Assembly: GCA_963796965.1 (NCBI GenBank)
Contig: CAWCNS010000011.1
Location: forward strand, 160,001 to 224,000
Direction of reading: 5' to 3'
Length of the DNA stretch: 64,000 nucleotides
From: Calditrichia bacterium
Lineage (GTDB): Bacteria > Calditrichota > Calditrichia > JAJRVZ01
Below the pieces are notes generated by a model. It worked only from the letters and a program-made list of their open reading frames with translations, made no database searches and was not told the origin of the DNA. The position numbers and the translations under genes are program-made. How positions within the stretch are numbered: position 1 is the first letter of the stretch; the number at the start of each line of letters is the position of its first letter. Positions 56,099 to 64,000 of the stretch are shown here, piece after piece.

Positions 56099-56767
56099 TA
56101 TGTTAATTTATTCTTTTTAATGGCGATACTGATCATAATCATTAATAATTTTTTATACAAATTTGATTGTTTTCCACCAATAATGCTTTTGAAAAATAAA
56201 GCAAAAAACATGATCCACATTTTAATTTTTTACAGCAAATTTTGAGTAAAATTCGACAATGGGGAATGATCCACCGGTAGGATAATATAATAAATATTAG
56301 TTAAAATTCAAGTGCTCATTTTCACCTTGTGACATTTGTCATCCCCCCAAAATCAGACTATTTTTTGCTTTCTTCATGAAGAGGGAAAAATGAAAAACAG
56401 GCTAAGCTTTTGATGATTTTACACTTAGTCAGTAACGAAATATTTGCGGATCTACAGACAAACAAATATTCTGATAATTTAAGACAAGAAAAAATTTTCT
56501 AAATTATTTTTTTTTAATTGTGGGTTACTCATTTGGGGATAATTATAGAGAATAGACGCTCTTTTTTATTCCATTAATTTCCTTACCAGGTTTCGACAAG
56601 TTGTGTAATGAAATAATTAATTTTTTAAATAGGGCGAGGATTTATGATATATAACAGAATAACGTTACAGATAAGAAGGTGGGTTTTAAATAGTATATTC
56701 ATGATTCCGGATTAAGACGTCGTCTTTCATTTATAGTTGGACTTAGGGCTCCTGTTCTGCAGAGTTC

Positions 56768-57445
56768 TCAAGGATACTTCAAATACTTCGTTTGTGGGTT
56801 ATCAATAAACCAGGCACTCCATCGTTGCATGGTTGACTTATGCTCAAATAAATACCGGTCAGCATAGGTTCCACTAATACACGTAAGACCATTGCTACCT
56901 GGCATATGATACCATAAACTTTCAGTTTCATAATCATATAAAACAAAAGTCTGATTATAGGTCCAGCCACTGGCACTCAAGGTTAATACTTTACCATCTA
57001 ATTCCCGACTGTACACGGCAGTCAATTGTATTAACGGTCAGTAGCCAACAGCAACATAGGTGCTGTCGAATTCATCATTAACTATTTCATGAGTATACAA
57101 ATCCCGCAAACTATAGGCACGTGTCATGTCATTAATCGTTGTTCCAATAACTAAAAATGATTCAGAGGCTGCCGGAAATCCTTTATTGCCTGGATCCAGG
57201 AATTCGGGATTTCCGATCGGTGTGATTGCATAAGGTCCCAACCCATTTCTAAAAACGCCGGGACTGAAACCGTATTGTTTAACCGCATGTGTTATTTCCC
57301 AGACTTTGCCTGTGTGATCTTTAATAAAAATCTGCTCATCTTCTTCTATCACAATAGCAGGCGATCCACTAACATTCTGGTTGTCACAGCTTGATGATAC
57401 AGATAGTATTATCAAAATGGATACTAAGAGAATAAAACTTTTCAT
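56768..57445 (-). CDS. DUF3179 lipoprotein, predicted selenoprotein (in-frame TGA at 57038-57040)
   Basis: Two track ORFs are in one frame separated only by TGA: HEIVND..VAVGY-U-PLIQLTAVYSR..SG..LYDYETESLW; hairpin after UGA. Confidence 0.8.
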
Positions 57446-57936
57446 TGCTCCTCCGATTCTTGTTCTCTGTCATGTAAAAATTACCCGCAGAAAGCCTGGT
57501 GCTCCACATTTGGCTGAGCCTCAGCTCCTGAACGTTCAGATTTGAAAGACGATATAATATTTTAATTTCTTCATCAAACTTTTGTCACCACATTGCTCTC
57601 ACCATATTTTACGTGATTAGAATCATAGGTTTCTTATAATGACGGGGTGATGTAACCACGCTTACCAATCTCGGTATAATTTAAATTGAGCAAAATCATT
57701 TTGATTATTTATGGTGAACTACTATATTTGAATTACTGTTTTCCATCCACAAATGAGGCTTCAGGGAAACGCTCCCTGAACTGTGAATTTCAAAATATCC
57801 TCGAATTTTCAGAATAAATATAGAACTAATGATTTTAATTCGACCAACCAGCTGTTTTTCCTCCAAAAATGGTCCCTAATCATTAGTCTGCTGAAACTCT
57901 ATGCTAATCCGCACAAGTTCTTTGGAGGTAATTTTG

Positions 57937-60591
57937 ATGCAATGGCCACGGACAATTTATATCTTTGTATTTTTGACTTATCTTCTATTTTCTATTGTTA
58001 CTTGTTTTTCGCAGTCGGGTAACAACTCTATTTCCGACTTCAAATACACTGCTGTAACCAATGACAGTGAAGATTTGACTCTAATCCAAAATGAATTTCA
58101 GGGTTATACCAGCCACTGGACAGAATATGACTGGACATGGTATACGCAGAACGGGTTCTTTAATTTTTCCCAAACCTCCCCCAAAAGTGAACTAAGACTA
58201 GCGGAAATTGAGATCGGGAATCAACTATTATTAGATGAATTATGGATACAGGAAGGTTTTGTCAACCGCCTGGCTGATAGAGCCTCACCCGTGCTTAAAT
58301 CTCCCTCAAAAAATGAATTAGATGATATTCTCTCTCAGACGGATGTTGTCATTACTGGATTGGATAAAAATCCTCTCATCAATGAATTGATTCTGAGGAT
58401 TCCCCAGGATAAACAATTCCGGCGAAATCGCGCTTTTTATCTACAAAACGACCAAAGAACCATATTTGTTATTGCCAGTCAGACACAAGAAGAGGTTGAG
58501 CGTCTGTCCAGACATATAGAAAATGCGAAAAACATTATTGAGAGATATAAATTATCCAAAGGCTTGGTGGGTGTTCAGAGCAACTATTTGCTCATCACCC
58601 CAGGACTCCCCTACAATCCTTATGATTTGATCAACAAGGCTATGCAAATAAGCTGTTCATGGATAATGGTTAGCGGCTATAATGACTGGATGATCCCGGA
58701 TCAGGTAAATCCAACCCTTAAAAATATTAATTTCCCCTATATTTTTTTACCGGGACAATACGTGACCGGAGGCATCATGTATGGGATGAATAAATATCCC
58801 AACATTCAAAACAATACCGTGGAACAATGTCTTGATTGGAAAGAGGAGAGAAGAGGATTTTATTTTGCCAATTTAAGCAGCATTCAAAGTAGCTATAAGA
58901 ATCGCTTTGATGGATATGTGGTCAAGACCCCTGCCGATCAGATAAAGATCGATTCTCTCGGTACACCATTTATAACCAATGCCGGAACTATTAACCAGAC
59001 CATACCTCCGGCAATGATTGTCTTTCATGAAAAAAACAATCCAATAACCGAGGACAATATCTGGAAAGCCATATTGGATAAAAAAGCGGTTGCATTATTC
59101 GAGAGGGGAAAATTAGTCGGTCCAAAGACCTTGGTTGATCCTCTTAAAATCCTAATGTTAGAAAAACAATTTTTAAGAGAGCAATTTGGTAATCCGGTCA
59201 CCCTGCAGGCAGAAGTGACACAGGGTGAGATGAACGTTACGCTACAAAACAAATCAACGGAAACGGTTTCCGGGACACTCAGATTTCAGGTTGCTGGAGA
59301 TATAAAAATCGGAGAAAAGACAGAGCCTATTTCGATCACCCTCTCTCCCTCAGAATCAAAAAATCTAAATTTCAATCTTAATTGCTCGGCTTCAGCCTGT
59401 GGCAAAGACCTGCCTGTCGGTATCATTTTCAACACTTCAGATAAACAAGTCCGTGCTTTAACACATTTTGAAATTCCTTCAGCTGTTGAGATCCATCCCC
59501 TGATCTTTGATCAGCCTGGCGAGATTCATTATCCTGTTACACTTTATAATTATAGCGATGATATTCCGAGTGTAGAACTTTCCATTTATTCCAAACAAAA
59601 AAATAAAATTGTCTATCATGACAAAAAAACTCTCTCCGTAAAAAAATGGCAAAAAGTGATTTCTGCATTCGATTTTAATTTGGAGGAGGGAGAATATACT
59701 GTGTCTGTGAGCGCCTTAGGTGATAAAAAGCAAGCAGAAATCTCAATACAATCCCAATCCGGCCAGGTAAATGTCTCCAAATCGGATTTAGATGGTGATG
59801 GAATTCCTGAAATTGTCATGGAAAATTCTAAGATTAAAGCGACGCTTCTCCTATTTGGCGGTCGGGTGATTGAATATATTGTAAAGGAAAGAGATGAAAA
59901 TCTTCTCTTTAAACTATGGCCGCAAAAACCACCATGGGCAGGTACGCCAAGAGGTGTGCGCGCTTTTTACCCCTGGGGTGGATTAGAGGAATTTACCGGT
60001 TATCCCTACATCGGTGGTCATATTGTTTTCAAATATGAGATCTTAGAAGCCTCAGGGACACGGGGTCGTGTGCGTTTATGGGCAAATATTCATGGAAGTA
60101 AAATAGAAAAAATAATTAGTCTATATGGTGATAGTGAATTGCTGGAAGTACGCTATGCGATGGATGAGATTGTACCGAGTATCACGATTATAGGTATAAA
60201 TCCCCTAATAGAAATCGGGCCCTCCACCGGCCCGGAAGATGTTTATTATTTTCCTGCAAAAAAACTTGAAGAGCGCCGCCCAGTTTTGGATAGATACTAT
60301 GGGGATATGTTTTTTCTAAAAGAGGGATGGGCGGCCGGATATGATACAGAAATGGACATTAGCCTCATCGTTGGCTATCCGGTAAACGATGCCATGTTCA
60401 TGCATTTATGGAACAACCACCCCAACAATACCCCAACGCCCTACTATTATACAGAATTGCAGCCCTGGCTCAAGATCAAACCAAAAACGACTACTTATTT
60501 TTCTTATTACCTGTTTGGTAAGAGCGGCGATTGGAAAACGGCATTGGAGAAGTTCAGACAATTGGGTGTGTTGACAAAGGTGGAGCATTGA
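57937..60591 (+). CDS. Large exported hypothetical protein with Ig-like middle and mutarotase-like C-terminal domain
   Basis: Signal peptide; DLDGDGIPEIVMENSKIKATL..GGRVIEY resembles mutarotase-like supersandwich domains. Confidence 0.65.
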   Translation: MQWPRTIYIFVFLTYLLFSIVTCFSQSGNNSISDFKYTAVTNDSEDLTLIQNEFQGYTSHWTEYDWTWYTQNGFFNFSQTSPKSELRLAEIEIGNQLLLDELWIQEGFVNRLADRASPVLKSPSKNELDDILSQTDVVITGLDKNPLINELILRIPQDKQFRRNRAFYLQNDQRTIFVIASQTQEEVERLSRHIENAKNIIERYKLSKGLVGVQSNYLLITPGLPYNPYDLINKAMQISCSWIMVSGYNDWMIPDQVNPTLKNINFPYIFLPGQYVTGGIMYGMNKYPNIQNNTVEQCLDWKEERRGFYFANLSSIQSSYKNRFDGYVVKTPADQIKIDSLGTPFITNAGTINQTIPPAMIVFHEKNNPITEDNIWKAILDKKAVALFERGKLVGPKTLVDPLKILMLEKQFLREQFGNPVTLQAEVTQGEMNVTLQNKSTETVSGTLRFQVAGDIKIGEKTEPISITLSPSESKNLNFNLNCSASACGKDLPVGIIFNTSDKQVRALTHFEIPSAVEIHPLIFDQPGEIHYPVTLYNYSDDIPSVELSIYSKQKNKIVYHDKKTLSVKKWQKVISAFDFNLEEGEYTVSVSALGDKKQAEISIQSQSGQVNVSKSDLDGDGIPEIVMENSKIKATLLLFGGRVIEYIVKERDENLLFKLWPQKPPWAGTPRGVRAFYPWGGLEEFTGYPYIGGHIVFKYEILEASGTRGRVRLWANIHGSKIEKIISLYGDSELLEVRYAMDEIVPSITIIGINPLIEIGPSTGPEDVYYFPAKKLEERRPVLDRYYGDMFFLKEGWAAGYDTEMDISLIVGYPVNDAMFMHLWNNHPNNTPTPYYYTELQPWLKIKPKTTTYFSYYLFGKSGDWKTALEKFRQLGVLTKVEH

Positions 60592-60593
60592 AT

Positions 60594-60631
60594 AATTGGG
60601 AATTGGGAATTGGGAATTGGGAATTGGGAAT
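60594..60631. repeat. Heptamer tandem repeat (AATTGGG)x5
   Basis: Perfect repeats directly after the stop codon. Confidence 0.9.
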
Positions 60632-60684
60632 TTAAATCAAACTTTTGCCTAATTAGACCATTTGCCAACTGATGTGCAGATATT

Positions 60685-60839
60685 TTTCTCGCAAAGCCGC
60701 TAAGCCGCAGAGAAAGATAAAATAATAGATCCAAAATAGATGTCCCGAAGATTTACTGATATCGATAAGACTCTTTTTGTTGTAGTATGTAATATTTAGA
60801 TTTAATAAACTCTGCGTCTTTGCGTCTTTGCGTGAGAAA
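60685..60839. repeat. Inverted pair of nonamer-based repeats (CGCAAAGnn)
   Basis: TCTCGCAAAGCCGCTAAGCCGCAGAG ... CTCTGCGTCTTTGCGTCTTTGCGTGAGA; similar pair near 15176 and 15307-15333. Confidence 0.7.
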
Positions 60840-60881
60840 GTAATTAACCAATAAGGTATATATAAAACGGAGGTATAAATC

Positions 60882-61742
60882 ATGAAATCCAGGTCAACAT
60901 TAGTTTTGTTCATATTGATTTTAGTTTCTTTCTTTTTCATTTACGAAACTCTTATGGCTCAGGAAATACGCGTTTTGTACGTCGGTGATGCCGGTGTGAT
61001 GTTAGGACCAAATATCATCGCCTCACCTTTCTATTATGAACAAAAGGGCTATGAAGTTCATATCTGGTGTCAACCCGTTCTTGACGCCCTAAATGCCGAA
61101 TCTGATATTACGGTCGAACATATGACCAACTGGAGGGCCCTCAAAGAATTTCCAGAAACCCCGGAAGCGATTGCGGAGAAATATGATGTTGTGGTTCTTT
61201 CAGATATTGAACAAGAGGTTCTGGTGTTATATCCCTGGGAACGGATGCAGGATACACCCATGGGACCAAACCGGCTTGAGTCTATCCGGGAATTTGTCCG
61301 AAACGGGGGCGGTCTGATTATGATCGGGGGTTGGGAGTCGTTTACCGGCAGGCGGGGTATTGGTGATTGGGGCGGCACACCCGTCGAAGAAGCACTTCCG
61401 GTTACCTGCCTTCAGGTCAATGATGACCGCAGGGAAGCACCACAGGGTGTCCACATTCAGACATTGGTTAAAGATCATCCTGTAACCAAAGGAATTGACT
61501 GGGATACCTGTCCCATGTTTACCGGTTATAACCGGATAGTTGCCAAACCGGAAGCCACAGTGCTAGCAAAGGTGAAAGAATTTGGTGACCCTTTTATCGC
61601 TGTCCGGGAATTTGGCAAAGGTAGAAGCATGGCCTTTGCTTCCGATATTTCACCCCATTGGGGCGCTGGATTTCAAAAATGGGAAAATTACGGCAAATCA
61701 TTTGTTCAGGCGATACGCTGGCTCTCGGGGAAAAATAAATAA
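60882..61742 (+). CDS. Glutamine amidotransferase-like protein (DUF1355/GATase1_like), exported
   Basis: YDVVVLSDI, GGGLIMIGGWESF, TPVEEALPV, GKGRSMAF.SD.SPHW. Confidence 0.85.
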   Translation: MKSRSTLVLFILILVSFFFIYETLMAQEIRVLYVGDAGVMLGPNIIASPFYYEQKGYEVHIWCQPVLDALNAESDITVEHMTNWRALKEFPETPEAIAEKYDVVVLSDIEQEVLVLYPWERMQDTPMGPNRLESIREFVRNGGGLIMIGGWESFTGRRGIGDWGGTPVEEALPVTCLQVNDDRREAPQGVHIQTLVKDHPVTKGIDWDTCPMFTGYNRIVAKPEATVLAKVKEFGDPFIAVREFGKGRSMAFASDISPHWGAGFQKWENYGKSFVQAIRWLSGKNK

Positions 61743-61804
61743 ATATTCAATATTCTCCAAAGGAGTCCTTCGGACAACACGGAATAATCAAGGTCCAAGT
61801 TTTT

Positions 61805-62018
61805 ATATGAAATCATATTTTTCCGGTTTAGAAGAGGATTCAATATATTAATAAAAAATCTCATTCAAAATCCCCTTCTCTTCTTCATGAGAATGGGCTC
61901 CTCAAAGTCCCTCTTTTTGTAAGAGAGGGATTTTCCCGAAGGGATGCCTTCGGCAAGGGTGAGTTCTTCAAATCAAGACGCCATGTTGGAAAATTAATTT
62001 AGAATGACCCATTTCAAA
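61805..62018 (-). repeat. Dispersed ~200-bp palindromic element, copy B
   Basis: Inverted homolog of 38878-39085 with an extra hairpin CCGAAGGGATGCCTTCGG. Confidence 0.8.
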
Positions 62019-62033
62019 CGTATGGAGAAATCG

Positions 62034-64000
62034 ATGCCACAAAAACAGTCAAACTTGCTATTAATATCATTCACCCTAATCTTCACGTTAATAACAACCC
62101 TCACTGCACAAACACCCACAATTAAATATGAAGAAGGTCAATGGATAAAGACCTGGCTGCTTTGCGGTCCGGTCTTCCTGGAAAAAACGGAAGGTCCGGT
62201 TTCGGAAATTGAGCATCTTCCTGGATTTGAGATCGACTATTTGGAACAGATCGGCGGTGAAGCAAAGCCTGAGATTAAGCCCGGGCAAACATTCAGTTTT
62301 AATGGTGGAGATTTAACTTTTACACCATTTACCTCAGAGCAAGACAAGATTGATCTGGATATTGCTGTCTCCAAATCCGATAAGGTACTAGCCTACGCTT
62401 ATTGTGAGATTGAATCAGCGGAAGATAAAGTATCCATTCTCGCTTTGGGCAGTAATGACGGTGGCCGCGCCTGGCTGAACGGCGAAATGATCTGGGATCA
62501 TCCAGAGGCAAGGGGTCTGTTTGTTGATGATGACAGGGTTCCGGTATATTTAAAAAAGGGTCGAAATAAATTATTAATGAAGATAGAGGAACGCGGTAAT
62601 GCCTGGGGATTTTGCGTTCGTTTTCAGCCTTTCGATGCCGGCCGTTTTGTGCAGGAAATTCCGCTGTTTTCGATTATTCCGCAGTCCGACGGACAGGCCC
62701 TGCTGCGTTTCCTTCAGTCTGAATCCGTCATCAATCAGCTTTTCCAGACCGCCGAATTGAGCATAACGCGTCTTGATGAAAAGGATAAAATGCTCTGGCA
62801 ATCTGCCTGGACTAAGAAAAAAGAGGTGATACTCTATCCTCAAAATAAAGTCTATGGTCATTTCAATCTTATAATAAAGGCTGTCCTCACCAGCGGGAAA
62901 AGATGGACTGTGGAAATGCCTTTCACGATGGGTATACGAACCGATCATGTGCTCTTCAAAAATAAGGCAACGGACTACCGTATTGTGATCGGGGAAGAGG
63001 CCTCGGAATCAGAGCGCTGGGCAGCTCAGGAACTTCAGCATTGGCTAAAAGAGATAAGCGGAGCCGAATTCGGTTTACAATCTTCGAATCATCCCAAAAA
63101 GATTATTGTCGGTTTCAACAAACTGACACAGAAATTACTGGGGAATTCAGCCCAGGAACCGGCGGAGGAAGATGAATCGTTCACCTACCGCAATTTTGGT
63201 CCGGATATTTTTATCTGGGGTGGTAAGGCGCGTGGAACCCTGTATGGCGTGATGACTTTTCTTGAGAAAGAACTGGGCTGCCGCTGGTATACGTCACGTG
63301 TTAGTGTCATTCCGAAGAAGCCTGCCTACACATTTGATTATCTGTATCATTCGGAGAAACCCGGTATCCGCGTCAGAAATGATTTCTACTACGAGGCGTT
63401 TGAACCGATCTGGGCGGCACGAAATAAAGTAAACGGTGCGATGAGTTACCGGGAACAGCCCGGTGGTGTAGAGGGTTACTGGGCCGTACATACTTTTTAT
63501 CCCCTTATGCCTCCTGAGGAGTTCTTTGCAGACCATCCGGAGTATTACAGCCTTATCGATGGCAAACGGACTTTTGATCACGCCCAACTTTGCCTAACCA
63601 ATGCAGATGTACTTAAAATTATTACTGAGCGTCTTAAAAAAACGATCGAGGAAAAACCAGAGTATCTCATATACTCCGTCTCACAAAACGATTGGAGTAA
63701 TCCCTGTCAATGCGAAAACTGCCAGGCCATTGCTCTGAAGGAAGAGAGTGAGGCCGGACCGATCGTCTGGTTTGTCAACCAGGTAGCCGAAGATATTGAA
63801 AAAGACTACCCGGATAAATACGTTGGGACATTAGCCTATTCTTATACGCGTAAGCCTCCTAAGACTATAAAACCCCGGGAAAATGTAGTCATACGCTTAT
63901 GCAGTATAGAATGTTGTTTTGCCCATGATTTTAACTCTTGCCCGGAGAATGCTTCGTTTGTTAGTGATCTGCAAGGCTGGTCGGCCATCGCCCCCCATCT
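62034..64000 (+). CDS. DUF4838 domain protein (GH67/GH20-like N-domain), truncated by the window end; absent from the ORF track
   Basis: Translated by hand: signal peptide, GSNDG..WLNG, AAQELQ..L..ISG, RGTLYGV..FLE..GCRW, HPEYYSL, QLCLTN, SVSQND..CQCENC, TLAY. Confidence 0.85.
   Translation, partial: MPQKQSNLLLISFTLIFTLITTLTAQTPTIKYEEGQWIKTWLLCGPVFLEKTEGPVSEIEHLPGFEIDYLEQIGGEAKPEIKPGQTFSFNGGDLTFTPFTSEQDKIDLDIAVSKSDKVLAYAYCEIESAEDKVSILALGSNDGGRAWLNGEMIWDHPEARGLFVDDDRVPVYLKKGRNKLLMKIEERGNAWGFCVRFQPFDAGRFVQEIPLFSIIPQSDGQALLRFLQSESVINQLFQTAELSITRLDEKDKMLWQSAWTKKKEVILYPQNKVYGHFNLIIKAVLTSGKRWTVEMPFTMGIRTDHVLFKNKATDYRIVIGEEASESERWAAQELQHWLKEISGAEFGLQSSNHPKKIIVGFNKLTQKLLGNSAQEPAEEDESFTYRNFGPDIFIWGGKARGTLYGVMTFLEKELGCRWYTSRVSVIPKKPAYTFDYLYHSEKPGIRVRNDFYYEAFEPIWAARNKVNGAMSYREQPGGVEGYWAVHTFYPLMPPEEFFADHPEYYSLIDGKRTFDHAQLCLTNADVLKIITERLKKTIEEKPEYLIYSVSQNDWSNPCQCENCQAIALKEESEAGPIVWFVNQVAEDIEKDYPDKYVGTLAYSYTRKPPKTIKPRENVVIRLCSIECCFAHDFNSCPENASFVSDLQGWSAIAPH

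Noticed and set aside
57470..57574. Multi-UGA small selenopeptide upstream of DUF3179
   Set aside because: No SD, no recognisable motif, no clear SECIS; likely chance
57760..57780. Riboswitch at the TTCAGGGA-AACGC-TCCCTGAA hairpin
   Set aside because: A single hairpin with no recognisable aptamer consensus

Overview
AT-rich bacterial chromosomal window, probably from an FCB-group organism outside Bacteroidia (Calditrichota/KSB1-like; inferred from QNYPNPFNP-type C-terminal sorting domains, a PorV-family gene and a SusD-less TonB-dependent receptor). I found no rRNA, tRNA, CRISPR array or intact transposase. About ten genes are split by indels, mostly single-base insertions, that look like long-read errors. 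Ordinary content: sugar-binding lipoprotein, LemA/TPM operon, amino-acid permease-USP, csp/desaturase/B12 radical SAM/two-component locus, GT39 and GT9, NifA-like activator with a TorF-type porin, Kef system, msrAB, and a DUF4838 gene missing from the ORF track. Main points of interest: (1) a 22-kb minus-strand block (34.1-56.1 kb) combining a TBDR, PorV, lipoproteins, three exported proteins sharing seven copies of a YhcR/ExeM-like OB-fold module, two EEP hydrolases, a metallophosphoesterase and MazG, proposed as an extracellular nucleic-acid capture and uptake locus; (2) a DUF3179 lipoprotein with an in-frame UGA at the Cys position followed by a SECIS-like hairpin; (3) a 4x ~154-bp tandem array bounded by inverted GTAG/CTAC REP-like hairpins; (4) several nested or dispersed palindromic elements, candidate operators, a kinase-HTH deletion chimera and an unannotated Phe-rich small ORF.
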